64,000 bases of DNA from NCBI GenBank assembly GCA_963665295.1, contig OY762209.1:384001-448000 (forward strand). The letters are read 5' to 3'. The notes beneath the pieces were generated by a model, which had not been told where the DNA came from, made no database searches, and was given only the letters and a program-made list of their open reading frames with translations. Origin of the DNA: Syntrophorhabdaceae bacterium (lineage in GTDB: Bacteria; Desulfobacterota; Syntrophorhabdia; Syntrophorhabdales; Syntrophorhabdaceae). This document shows positions 42,059 to 51,971 of this stretch, piece by piece; position 1 is the stretch's first letter; every line of letters begins with the position of its first letter. Position numbers and translations under genes: made by a program.

Positions 42059-42586
42059 TTACAGTCCCAGCCTTTTTAGTGCGTCACGAAGAATTGTGGC
42101 CGATACTGGTTTTTCGTAATAGTATGAAGCGCCTTCTGACAGCGCCTTCTCCATCACCTCGGGAGAGCCATATCCCGTGATCATGATTATCTTGGTTTCC
42201 GGTTTCCGTCCCTTTACCCGTTGCATGATTTCAAAGCCGTCGTCGTTTGAAGAGCCGGAGAGCTTGAGGTCTGTGATAACACACCGATAATCCCTTGTTT
42301 CGAGCAGATCTACCGCCTCCTGAAGCGTCTCTGCCGTGTCTACCTCCACTCCATTGCCCTGTAATACCTTCTTGAAGCCAAAGAGTATGACTGCCTCGTC
42401 ATCTACGATCAGCACTCGTCTTCCCAGGTTGGTATCGTCCCGGGTCCTGTTTGGACGCCCGGTCCGGGGAGAAGTCTTCTGCGCTTCACCGATTGTGGAG
42501 TCCTGGACAAAGGGGACCTCCCCAGGTGGGGAAATAGGCAACGAAGCCTGGGGAGGCATGAGGGCAATTGCGGGAAGAGACTTCAT
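42059..42586 (-). CDS. Single-domain response regulator (start uncertain, downstream of the sigma-54 promoter)
   Basis: VLIVDDE, ITDLKL, MITGYG, YEKP. Confidence 0.85.
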   Translation of the reverse strand: MKSLPAIALMPPQASLPISPPGEVPFVQDSTIGEAQKTSPRTGRPNRTRDDTNLGRRVLIVDDEAVILFGFKKVLQGNGVEVDTAETLQEAVDLLETRDYRCVITDLKLSGSSNDDGFEIMQRVKGRKPETKIIMITGYGSPEVMEKALSEGASYYYEKPVSATILRDALKRLGL

Positions 42587-42598
42587 GGTTGTTAGGGG

Positions 42599-42616
42599 AA
42601 GCAAGAAGGGTGCCAA
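42599..42616 (-). promoter_or_regulatory. Sigma-54 (-24/-12) promoter for the REC-STAS-che operon
   Basis: TTGGCACCCTTCTTGCTT: TGGCAC-N5-TTGC, exact GG-N10-GC spacing. Confidence 0.8.
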
Positions 42617-42677
42617 AGCCTCCAATGGCATGGAAGCTATTAATAAATAAGGGCTTAGAGAAAGATCATGGCGGTCA

Positions 42678-42732
42678 GCATTCTCATTTTCGCAACATGC
42701 TGTCTCATCCGCGAGAATATTACATGAGAATC
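42678..42732. promoter_or_regulatory. Candidate enhancer (UAS) sites for the adjacent activator
   Basis: Repeated TCTCA.../...GAGAA half-sites including TCTCATCCGCGAGA; AT-rich IHF-like tract at about 42636-42657. Confidence 0.45.
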
Positions 42733-42750
42733 AGAAGGAGGGAACGTCCT

Positions 42751-44067
42751 TTACCTGCCTGCCTTCTTAAGCCTTCGATAGAGTGTTGCCCGGGAAATGC
42801 CAAGCGCCGCGGCGGCCTTTGCTGTATCACCTGCTACGGAATTCAGAACCTTCCGTATGTGATCGGATTCAAGATTCCCCAATTCCTGACCGGCCGCCTC
42901 CCGCGGGTGATGTGTGCCACTATTCCTGAGTCCAGGAAAGTGTTCCCTGGAGAGAGGTCCGCCTCGCGAAAGGAGAAGCGCCCTTTCAAGGACATTTCGC
43001 AGCTCACGGATATTGCCTGGCCATGGATACGCAATGAGCAACTCCATTGCATCCGGAGATATGTTGATTTGCGGCGCATTCAGCAGGTCAAGGAAATGGC
43101 TCGTAAATCCGGGAATATCTCCCGGCTGCTCTCTTAAGGGTGGAATAACAATGGGAAAAACGTAAATCCGATAGAAGAGGTCTTGGCGGAACCTGCCGGC
43201 TTCCGCCTCCTTCGTAAGGTCTTTGTTCGTTGCGCAGACGAGACGGAAATTGCTCTTCCTGATCTTGACCTCTCCGAGCCTTCGATAGCTTTTCTCCTCA
43301 ATTACCTTTAAAAGGTGCGCCTGAACGGAGAGATCCATGTCGCCGATTTCATCCAGGAAGAGGGTCCCCCCGTTGGCCACTTCTATGAGCCCCGGACGAT
43401 CCTGAACCGCCGTGGTAAAGGCGCCCCGGACATGTCCGAAGAGTTCGCTGGCTAAAAGGTCGCCTTTCAGGCTGGAACAGTTTATCTCAACAAAAGGTGC
43501 GTCCTTACGGTGACCTTGTTCGTGAATCCACCGGGCAAAGACTCCTTTTCCCGTACCCGTCTCTCCTTGAAGAAGAACCACCGATTCATTTTCTGAAGCG
43601 ACCTTTGCCAAGTCCAGTGCGTCAGTCAATGCGTTGCTGTTGCCGAAAAAAGGCCGGTCCCGCTTCAACAGCCGTTGATTTACGGATTTGGTCCTCCGTA
43701 AGGTGCCCACTTCCAGACTTTTCTTGAGAAATATGTCGAGTTCAGCCATATTCACGGGCTTGGTCAGGAAATTATCCGCTCCCCTGTGCATGGCTTCCAC
43801 TGCGGTAGGGACATCACCAATACCGGTGACCACCACTATTGCAATATCGGGTTGGGCCGTTTTCACATCGTCGATCCAGGGGAGACCGCTCCCGTCGGGA
43901 AGGTTAAGATCGAGCAACACTGCGTCAAACTGTTCGGAAGTGAGAGCATCCCTGCCTTCCGCGAGGCAGGATGCACATGCTATGTCGTAGCCGGTTTTCG
44001 AAAGGTACCTTGAAAACCCGAAGCGTATCCCGGGGTCGTCATCAATGATAAGGACGCGGTGCCTCAT
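42751..44067 (-). CDS. NtrC-family sigma-54 activator (REC-AAA+-HTH)
   Basis: GETGTGK, ELFGHVRGAFTTA, FLDEIG, WPGNIREL, LGISRATLYR. Confidence 0.93.
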   Translation of the reverse strand: MRHRVLIIDDDPGIRFGFSRYLSKTGYDIACASCLAEGRDALTSEQFDAVLLDLNLPDGSGLPWIDDVKTAQPDIAIVVVTGIGDVPTAVEAMHRGADNFLTKPVNMAELDIFLKKSLEVGTLRRTKSVNQRLLKRDRPFFGNSNALTDALDLAKVASENESVVLLQGETGTGKGVFARWIHEQGHRKDAPFVEINCSSLKGDLLASELFGHVRGAFTTAVQDRPGLIEVANGGTLFLDEIGDMDLSVQAHLLKVIEEKSYRRLGEVKIRKSNFRLVCATNKDLTKEAEAGRFRQDLFYRIYVFPIVIPPLREQPGDIPGFTSHFLDLLNAPQINISPDAMELLIAYPWPGNIRELRNVLERALLLSRGGPLSREHFPGLRNSGTHHPREAAGQELGNLESDHIRKVLNSVAGDTAKAAAALGISRATLYRRLKKAGR

Positions 44068-45920
44068 TCATCCACCCCCTCGGCGACCGGCAAGGTTATC
44101 CCTATCGTGCACCCCGGGAGCGGGTTGTTATTCCATGCTCTTATTGAGCCCCCCATGCACTCCACGGAGTGCTTCACGATGGAGAGCCCAAGACCTACCC
44201 CTCCCCTGCGGGTTGTAAAAAAAGGCTCAAAGACCTTTTCCAGTTTATCGGGAGGGATGCCGGATCCCTTGTCTGTTACCTCGATCTTCACGTTATTCCC
44301 CTCAGGCTTTTTGATAGTCAGAGTAAGCTCGCTGCCCTCGGGGCTGTGCTGCGCCGCGTTCTCCAAAAGATTCAGGAATACCTGTTGAAGTCTCGCGCCG
44401 TCCACGGTGGCGCAGGCATCGCCCCCCTCGATCTCTGAAATGATCCGTGCTGCATGGGTTTCCGAAGCCTTGGTTTGTCCCCAGAGGTCAAGGGCCGCCG
44501 CACATGTCCCTGTCAGCGATTCGCGCCTGAGAAGCGAGGGCTGTATGGGTCTACCCAGTTCCAGCAAATCCTTCATCAACTCGGAAAGGCGGTTGACCTG
44601 GGCCCTGATATGCTCGAGATAAGGGTCATACTCTTCATTGCTCCCAATATCCTGAAAAAGGGCTTCCGTGATCGCGAGGATTGCATTGAGGGGGTTACGT
44701 ACCTCGTGGGCAACGCCTACGGCAAGCTGTCCCAGAACCTTCATCTCCTGAGAGTAGGCCAGTTGGGATTCAAGCCGCCTTCGTGCGCTGATATCCTCAA
44801 CGTTTACGAGAAAATAAAGTGGTTTGTCGCGGTGGTCTCTCACCAGGCCTGCGGTGATGTGGGCCCATACCGCACTTCCTTCTCTGCGTAAGCACCTCAT
44901 GTCCGTTCGATACTGGGCCATTTGACCCGATTTCAACGCCCGCGCATTTTCGAGGCTATTACCGACATCATCGGGATGGATCACATCGTGAAACCTGAGG
45001 CCCGTGAGTTCCTCCTTTGAACGGCCCGTGATACGACATAACTCGGCGTTGACACGCAGCAAGAGAAGGTCTAAGGAGATAATGGCCGCACCAATGGGCG
45101 ATTGGTCAAAACTCAGTCTGAACCGCTCCTCGCTCTCCCGGAACACTTCCTCTGCCATTTTCCGTTCCGCCACACCCCTGAATACAAGTACAGCACCGGT
45201 CACAATTCCTTTCCTGTTCCGTATGGCCGCGACGCTGTGGTCCACCGGTATCTTTCGTCCGTTCCGCACAGTGAGGGTAGAATGAATAATAGACTCTGTT
45301 CCCAGTCCTTCCACGATTGCCCGTTTCATAAAGTTCTCGGGAAGGGCCTGCAGACCTTCTTCCACGATGATGCATAAATCGTCAAACCGCCTACCAAGGG
45401 CATCTTCCTGCCTCAATCCCGTTAAAACCTCAGCCACGGGGTTCAGGAGGGTTACGATTCCCTCTACGTCTACGGCGATTACCCCTTCCCCCATGCTTCT
45501 AAGCATGGTCGAGAGCCACTCTTCCTTCTCCGCCAGCTTCTTTTCAGTTTCATGCTTGTAGAGAGCCATCTCGATGGCGGCGCAAAGCTCTCTCTCATTG
45601 AAGGGCTTCAGAATGTACCCGAAGGGTTCCGTCACCCTTGCCCGGTTGAGTGTCGCCTCGTCGGCGTAGGCGGTAAGATAGACTACGGGCAGGTCATATC
45701 GGCTCTTGATTGCTTCGGCTGTCTCTATTCCATCCATATCACCTTTCAGTTTTATGTCCATGAGAACCAGATCAGGGAGAGTTTCGGCGACCTTTTCCAA
45801 AGCCTTTACACTGGTGGAAGCTATCCCCGACACTTCGTATCCCAGATCTTTCAGTCTTCCTTCAATGTCTTTACCGACGATCCTTTCATCTTCGACAACC
45901 AGAATACGTGCTTTCCCCAT
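44064..45920 (-). CDS. REC-PAS-PAS-HisKA-HATPase kinase, likely cognate to the activator
   Basis: AHEVRNPL H-box, GVGLGL; short overlap with the activator gene start. Confidence 0.92.
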   Translation of the reverse strand: MGKARILVVEDERIVGKDIEGRLKDLGYEVSGIASTSVKALEKVAETLPDLVLMDIKLKGDMDGIETAEAIKSRYDLPVVYLTAYADEATLNRARVTEPFGYILKPFNERELCAAIEMALYKHETEKKLAEKEEWLSTMLRSMGEGVIAVDVEGIVTLLNPVAEVLTGLRQEDALGRRFDDLCIIVEEGLQALPENFMKRAIVEGLGTESIIHSTLTVRNGRKIPVDHSVAAIRNRKGIVTGAVLVFRGVAERKMAEEVFRESEERFRLSFDQSPIGAAIISLDLLLLRVNAELCRITGRSKEELTGLRFHDVIHPDDVGNSLENARALKSGQMAQYRTDMRCLRREGSAVWAHITAGLVRDHRDKPLYFLVNVEDISARRRLESQLAYSQEMKVLGQLAVGVAHEVRNPLNAILAITEALFQDIGSNEEYDPYLEHIRAQVNRLSELMKDLLELGRPIQPSLLRRESLTGTCAAALDLWGQTKASETHAARIISEIEGGDACATVDGARLQQVFLNLLENAAQHSPEGSELTLTIKKPEGNNVKIEVTDKGSGIPPDKLEKVFEPFFTTRRGGVGLGLSIVKHSVECMGGSIRAWNNNPLPGCTIGITLPVAEGVDE

Positions 45921-46162
45921 GTGTTCCCTTCCCGGTCGACAGTGTCTCACCTATGTATGTGCACGAAGACGCAGCCACATAATTAACTGCCCCGCAGCAG
46001 CACTGTGGGGCATGTATGATGTGTCCCATATGTGAACGATTCGCTACTATACCCGAAATAGGATAATAAATTCAATAGACGCATATAAAACCATCCGCCC
46101 TTCTCCATCTATGCCCTCTCCATCTGCCCTACAGATTTTATGCTTCTTCAATGAACCGGCGC

Positions 46163-48803
46163 TTACCGCATCGCCACCGCCTCGAAGGCAATCCTGAACT
46201 CAGTCCCCTTGTCCCTCTTAAGCTCTATCGCGCCGTCAAGTTGTTCCACCAGCGTCACCACAAGCTGCATGCCCAATGACTGGGTGTCAGTGAAGTCCAC
46301 GTCCGCCGGAAAGCCTTTGCCGTTGTCGGAGACAACAAGGACGGCATTCTTTCCTTTCATGTGGAGACTGACGGTAATCACGCCTTCCGTGCCTTCCGAA
46401 AAGGCATGCTTCAGGGCGTTCGACACCAGCTCATTAATGATGAGTCCGAGAGGTATGGCGTTGTCTACGTTGAAGGAAATGGGTTCGACGTGGAGGTTCA
46501 AGTTCACCTTCCTGCCCACTGAGTAGGTAGCAAGAAGGCCCTGCACAAGGTCATTTACATAGCCCGGGAATTGGATGCTTGCCAGATTTTTCGAGCCATA
46601 GAGTCTTTCATGAATGAGGGCCATCGATCTTATGCGGTCCATGCTTGTCTTGAACACATCTATGCCTTCAGGGTCGCTTATGTGATGAGACTGCATATTC
46701 AGGAGGCTCGATATGATCTGCAGGTTGTTCTTTACCCGGTGATGAATCTCCTTGAGGAGTGCATCCTTTTCCCCGAGAGACGTCTTGAGGGATTCTTCGG
46801 CTATTTTGCGTGCCGTGATGTCCCAGATAATGCCATTGATCCTCACCGGACGGCCCGTATTGTCTCTCACCAATCTACCTCTTGCAGTGATATGGTGGAT
46901 GCTTCCATCGAGCCAGACAGCCCGGTAGTCGGTTTCATAGGGGACATCCTGCTCTATCGTCTGAGCGAGGGCCGCTCTGACCGCATCCCTGTCATCAGGG
47001 TGAACCACTTGAAAGAACTCTTCCCCACGGCCGGTGAACATTGCCGGGTCGATCCCCAGGAGATGACAGACCTGGTCGTCAAAATAACGCTTATTCTCGA
47101 TGATGTTCCAGTGCCAGGCTCCCATGCGGGCTGACTTAAGCGCGAGATCGAGTTGTGCTTTATTCTCTCGCAGCGTCCTCTCCGTCTCGTTACGTTCGGT
47201 AATATCGAGGGCTGTCCCGATGAGTCCTCCGACGGCCCCCTGCCTGTCGGTAAAGACCGCCTTGTTGAGGATGACGTCGCGGAGGCGGCCGTGTATGTCC
47301 TTCACTTGAGCCTCGTATTGCTGTACTTCCCCGCTCTCAAGAAGCTCTTTATCTTTTAGCTGATAGAAGTCTGCAAGCTCGGGCGAAGTGAGGTCAAATA
47401 CAGTCTTGCCCACGAGTTCTTCCCTTGTTATGCCCACGAACGCCTCAAGGGCCTTGTTGGACCCCCCGGTATCGTCCATCCCTGCCCTTGTAAAACACTG
47501 GAATAGGGATGGCATCGAGCAGGGTATTCATAAAGGCTTCGCTCTCCCTGAGCGCCTCTTCGGCCCGTTTTCGGTCCGTAATGTCCCTGAAGTAAACCGA
47601 AAGACCCTCTTCAGTAGGATATGCATGGATTTCTGCCCACCTGCCGGGGATTGTGCGTGACTCCAGATCAAAGTGGAAGGGAATCTCTTCCTGGACAGGT
47701 TTTCTGAAAAGCCTTTCAAGGGCAGAGTCTTTTGAGACCCTCATGACATCCCAAAAGCTCCGGCCAATGAAATCCCCTTTCTGTTTGTCAAAAAAAAGCA
47801 GGGCCTTTTCATTTATGCGGGTGAACCGCCACTCGCGGTCGAGTTCATAATGGCAATCAGTCATACTGTTGAGAATCGAGGCTATTCTCTGTTCCGTACG
47901 CCCGAAGATATCAGCAATGAAGGTATCGACGGAGACACCCTCTGTCCGAGCCCCCCGCAGTAACGAGACCAGGGCAATAAGGAAATAGACACCGGCCAGG
48001 CATTGGGCCACTCTCCGTACCCAGCCCATCATATTGTATGTAATGGGCTGGAGGAGTGCAGCCCCCACGCACAAAGAGAGCGAAGCAAGGGCCAGGGAGT
48101 ACCAATAGAAGAATGGCGTTCGCCTCTCAATGAAGCGGATCATCATGGACGAGGACGAGATGACGAAAAGCAGCAGAGCAAGAACCAGGAGAGCTTGCCT
48201 CAGCGGTGTCGGGCCGGACCCCTGCATGAAAAACTGCGGCATAATGCCCTTCATAGCGCTGAAAGCGACAAGTGCGATGAACGCGAGAACCCCGCCAAAA
48301 CTGGTTGCGAGCAGACGGACTCTGCGCGACCGATCAGGTTCGGGATTCATTTCCATCACGTTCCTTACGATACCTATCATGTGGAATGTTGAGGAGGCGA
48401 GTGCCGACACGGTGAATATGGTCATGTTCACACTCAACCACAAAGGACTGATGAGTCTTGATATTAGAGTGCCCGTACCAAACGTCAGCACCCCGCATCC
48501 CAGGAAAAGGATGGTAGGGGAACCGTGAAGCACATAACTCCTCATGGCCACACAAAAGACAACACACAAGACCAGAAAGAAGAGTGCCGTGCCGAAGACA
48601 GGGAACAGAAGAGGCGGCTCAGTCAGGGTAACCGGCTGAGTGGGGGAATCAAGGTACAGAGCAAACATGAGGGCAAGACCAAGGGGGAGCGGGAGGAAAG
48701 CGAGGGTGAGCACACTGCATGCCCTTCGCTTAGGCCCATTCTTGATACCCCTGCCTGCGGGGAACGTGCCGATCCTGGATCCTCCCCGGAATTGCGATTG
48801 CAT
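46163..48803 (-). pseudogene. Membrane-sensor (MASE3-like) PAS HisKA_2 kinase split by a frameshift
   Basis: ORFs 47445-48803 and 46163-47515 join in a G6 run (C6 at 47462-47467); removing one G gives ...[14 protein letters not shown], matching paralog DGRYLGFNRAFETF. Confidence 0.8.
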
Positions 48804-49096
48804 ATAATCCGTTTATGGGTGATGTATCAGCTACTAGTCTATCAAATCGTCTGCTCTTTGTATACAATAAACCAACTGCTTGTTATCCCGCTGCTGCGGA
48901 GTTCGTCTTTGCTTCTGCCTGGTCAGCAATCTTCAATGAATCGGTGCTCGCAGGCCCCGCCTAAAAGACAAGCCTGAACTCCGTATCCGCGCTCCTATCA
49001 ACCTCCATGATACCGGAGTTTCCCCAGTTTTTTCCTCCCATAAGCCCTAATCCCTTGCCACGCCGTAGTAGAGAGCATTTGATCAACAAAAAGTTT

Positions 49097-49276
49097 CCTG
49101 ACTTTTTGATACGTTTCTGACATGAAGGCTTATAAATACAAGAGTTGGAGACGTCATGGCCGAAAACTCCCGGACTGTAGCGGTTCTTAAGGGACAGATA
49201 TCAAAATTCTCCGGAATCATTTCACAGGGCCTTTTCAAACCGAAGCGCAGGCTCGTAAAGGAAATCATTTACGGAA
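49097..49276 (+). mobile_element. Left end and N-terminal fragment of an IS transposase (IS4-superfamily-like), truncated
   Basis: GGAG RBS, ATG 49156: MAENSRTVAVLKGQISKFSGIISQGLFKPKRRLVKEIIYG, resembling DDE transposase N-termini (from memory); candidate terminal IR CCTGACTTT at 49097. Confidence 0.5.
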
Positions 49277-49459
49277 GGAAGTTGCAGCATGGGTGTTAGG
49301 GTTTAGAGATTTGCGCGATTTGGCGGGAAGGGGCGGGAATTAGTGGGATATTCCGGGATTTGGGGGTGTTAGATTTGCAATTGTCGCCTTTCAGGGAAAA
49401 TGCAAAATATAGGGGGAAAATTGCAGGTTGATGTTAGAAATTTAATGGTGTCGGAATGC

Positions 49460-49796
49460 CTACTCCACGGCGTCGAATGACGCCCCAGGGTTGGGATGTG
49501 ACGCCTTCATTCTTTCGAGAATGGCAAGATGGGTCTCATAATCCTCTCGATCCTTTGACGTCTTTATGATCCCGGAAGCATAGGCATTGATCGTATAACA
49601 CAACCGCATACTGTTTCGGGAAAAAGCATTCCTTGCCAATATACCGAGGAATTTCACGACTCCCGCTGAAGACCACTCGACATTCTTCTCAAACAGGTCA
49701 TCCTCGCCATAAATAGCCACGATTTCTTGTTGATCCTCAGCACTCAACGAAACAAACCAGTCCTTAATCCCGTAAAAATCCAGCAATCCCGACATA
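49460..49796 (-). CDS. Hypothetical prophage accessory protein (start approximate)
   Basis: ORF with GGAG upstream of MSGLLDFYG. Confidence 0.55.
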
Positions 49797-49893
49797 TCGT
49801 CACTCCACAACGTCGCGTGACACCATGGGGAGTTTATCACTGTCGGCGCTTATAGATATAGGCTCATCCACGTATAGAGTCAGTGCCGAGGTA

Positions 49894-50430
49894 TCAATTA
49901 CATTCATTTTTCTTTGGCAAGAATTGCTTCCAATATTTATGTGAGGGAGAATATGCCTTAGGGTGCTCGGAATATACCGGATCGCAGTCAAGCCTTACGT
50001 TAAATGAGGAGACGATATCAATCTGATCCTTTCTCACTTTAACAATACCCTTACCTTCAGACAGGCTCAGCTTGTCTATTGAAGCTATTGGGAAAATACT
50101 AAAGAACGGGTTGCGAGTTCTCGAATATATAGTATCCTCGTTAGTGGTACTAAATTGTCCGGATGCCGAGCATTGTATCTTTGTAGTATAACAGCTTTTT
50201 ATTTTTACGGAGGATTCGTAGATATCCCAATATTCATCAGAACCAATCTTCGCAAAGGTAACTTCAACTATCTTTACTCCTGGATCTTTCTTCCATGTAG
50301 CTCTATTGAGTATTTGCATTGTTTTGGCATCATTAGGTTCTGTCGTCGCGGACTGGGCCGAGCAGACACAGATATTTCCTAATAAAATGCACAATCCGAG
50401 AAAGACCGCAAACAGATATGATTGCCTCAC
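49894..50430 (-). CDS. Secreted hypothetical prophage accessory protein, AT-rich
   Basis: GAGG RBS, signal peptide MRQSYLFAVFLGLCILL...CSA. Confidence 0.65.
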   Translation of the reverse strand: MRQSYLFAVFLGLCILLGNICVCSAQSATTEPNDAKTMQILNRATWKKDPGVKIVEVTFAKIGSDEYWDIYESSVKIKSCYTTKIQCSASGQFSTTNEDTIYSRTRNPFFSIFPIASIDKLSLSEGKGIVKVRKDQIDIVSSFNVRLDCDPVYSEHPKAYSPSHKYWKQFLPKKNECN

Positions 50431-50631
50431 ATTTACACCTCATTCAATAAATAAGTTTATCTCCAAACTCCTTGAACAGCAGACCTAAACTCACCGGCCA
50501 GACATAGAACAAACCCCATCCACCAGGCATCATTAACGTAAAATCCCTCACATACGCGAGGGATTCAATATATAAGGCCCGGTCCGTCGTGTAGATCGTG
50601 ACGTATTCCTCCGGCGCTCTATTTCCCCCCT

Positions 50632-51255
50632 CTAATATTTCCCATTTTGCCCACCCGCGCGTTTCTTCTCCCCCTTCGATTCCTTCGGTTTGAGATCGTT
50701 CGCACCGCCCTGGGCAAAAGCGTCCTTGAGCAGCCGTTTTATCGCAGCCATATCTCGCTCCAGGTCTCCAACTTGACGGCGCAGCCCTGTGTTCTCGTCT
50801 CTGAGAGTGTCTATTTCTGTGGACATTCGGACCATTTCCTCGAACATCAGAGCATTCTGGGTCAATGCCAACTTTACCCCTCTATGTTTGCTCTCCATTA
50901 CGGTGTTAACCGCTTTGACAACGGCATCAGGGTCTTCTTCTGCCGTAATTTTTTGTGTTCCATCGGGTGTTCCGGCGTCATATCTGACCTCGGGACCATC
51001 GAATGCTATTGTATCTTGATAGTCCGATGGTTGTTGTTCTTTGTACATCGGCCCTTCACCGGTGGCAAGCCATAAGACACTCACACTTGCCGCATTAGCA
51101 AGAGCTATAAGTCTATCGCGGCTGGGCTCTGTCTCTCCTTTCGAGTAATGAGCAATCATCCTGCCAGATGTCCCGGTACGACGCCCCAATTCCTCCGCGC
51201 CCCCCACTATCTCTGCTAATTTCTTGACTCTATCCCCGAAAGATTTGTCAGCCAT
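50632..51255 (-). CDS. Phage repressor (XRE HTH with C-terminal coiled coil)
   Basis: FGDRVKKL...ELGRRTGTS..MIAHY.KGETEPS...VSVLWLATGEG; GAGG RBS; divergent from ner. Confidence 0.85.
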   Translation of the reverse strand: MADKSFGDRVKKLAEIVGGAEELGRRTGTSGRMIAHYSKGETEPSRDRLIALANAASVSVLWLATGEGPMYKEQQPSDYQDTIAFDGPEVRYDAGTPDGTQKITAEEDPDAVVKAVNTVMESKHRGVKLALTQNALMFEEMVRMSTEIDTLRDENTGLRRQVGDLERDMAAIKRLLKDAFAQGGANDLKPKESKGEKKRAGGQNGKY

Positions 51256-51268
51256 ATCTTTCCTCACG

Positions 51269-51402
51269 GTTCCAAGTTTCAGCCTGGAACTTGGAACCAA
51301 ACTTGGAACCTACGCCGGTTAGTTCCAAGTTGCGGTATCTTATTGACATAAAAGACAAAAATGACCGACAGGATATATCTGGCATTAGCGGGAACTTGGA
51401 AC
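51269..51402. promoter_or_regulatory. Five copies of 10-mer AACTTGGAAC, probable repressor operators
   Basis: 51269(-), 51288(+), 51300(+), 51322(-), 51393(+). Confidence 0.75.
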
Positions 51403-51415
51403 TGATAAATTCTTC

Positions 51416-51445
51416 TTGACAAATATATCCTACCCCTTTTATACT
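51416..51445 (+). promoter_or_regulatory. Early lytic sigma-70 promoter
   Basis: TTGACA-18-TATACT. Confidence 0.8.
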
Positions 51446-51452
51446 CCTAACT

Positions 51453-51677
51453 ATGGATATCAAGTTAACCCCACCAGCAAAAATAAAAGGGCTCCTCAGG
51501 GACCGCAAAACTTCGGCTGCCGCCATCGGGCGGAAGTTGGGCGTTTCGCGGGTATATGTGCACCTCGTCGTCTCCGGCGTGAAGCCGGGAAAAAAGGTGC
51601 GCGAGTTCATTTGCAGGGAATACGGCGTCCCGGACACTTTCTGGGTCGAGATGGACGCCTGGAGAAAAGCAGCATAA
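51453..51677 (+). CDS. Ner/Cro-like HTH regulator
   Basis: IKGLLRDRKTSAAAIGRKLGVSRVYVHLVVSG...FW; first gene of the early operon. Confidence 0.8.
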   Translation: MDIKLTPPAKIKGLLRDRKTSAAAIGRKLGVSRVYVHLVVSGVKPGKKVREFICREYGVPDTFWVEMDAWRKAA

Positions 51678-51689
51678 AAGGAGGAAAGC

Positions 51690-51971
51690 ATGTCTCGAAC
51701 TTCAAAAAAACCAATCTTAGGACAATGGGGAGAAGGAGAAATTGACCTAAACAACCGGGTTTCAATACCGGGGTTCACTTTAGAAATTCTCCGCGAGGAG
51801 CCTATGGCAGGACAACGCGTCATTGTCATGCTGGGCGGCAAAAAAGGGATTCGCCGGATCGTCACGGAGCATTCACTTCGCCGGTGCACTTTCCCTCCCC
51901 ATTACGATTGGCTTCCATTCAAAATACTGGATAGGCTGAGCGCTGAAAATAGTCAGACCGTTGAGGGATAG
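51690..51971 (+). CDS. Hypothetical phage protein (cassette 1)
   Basis: AAGGAGG RBS. Confidence 0.55.
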   Translation: MSRTSKKPILGQWGEGEIDLNNRVSIPGFTLEILREEPMAGQRVIVMLGGKKGIRRIVTEHSLRRCTFPPHYDWLPFKILDRLSAENSQTVEG

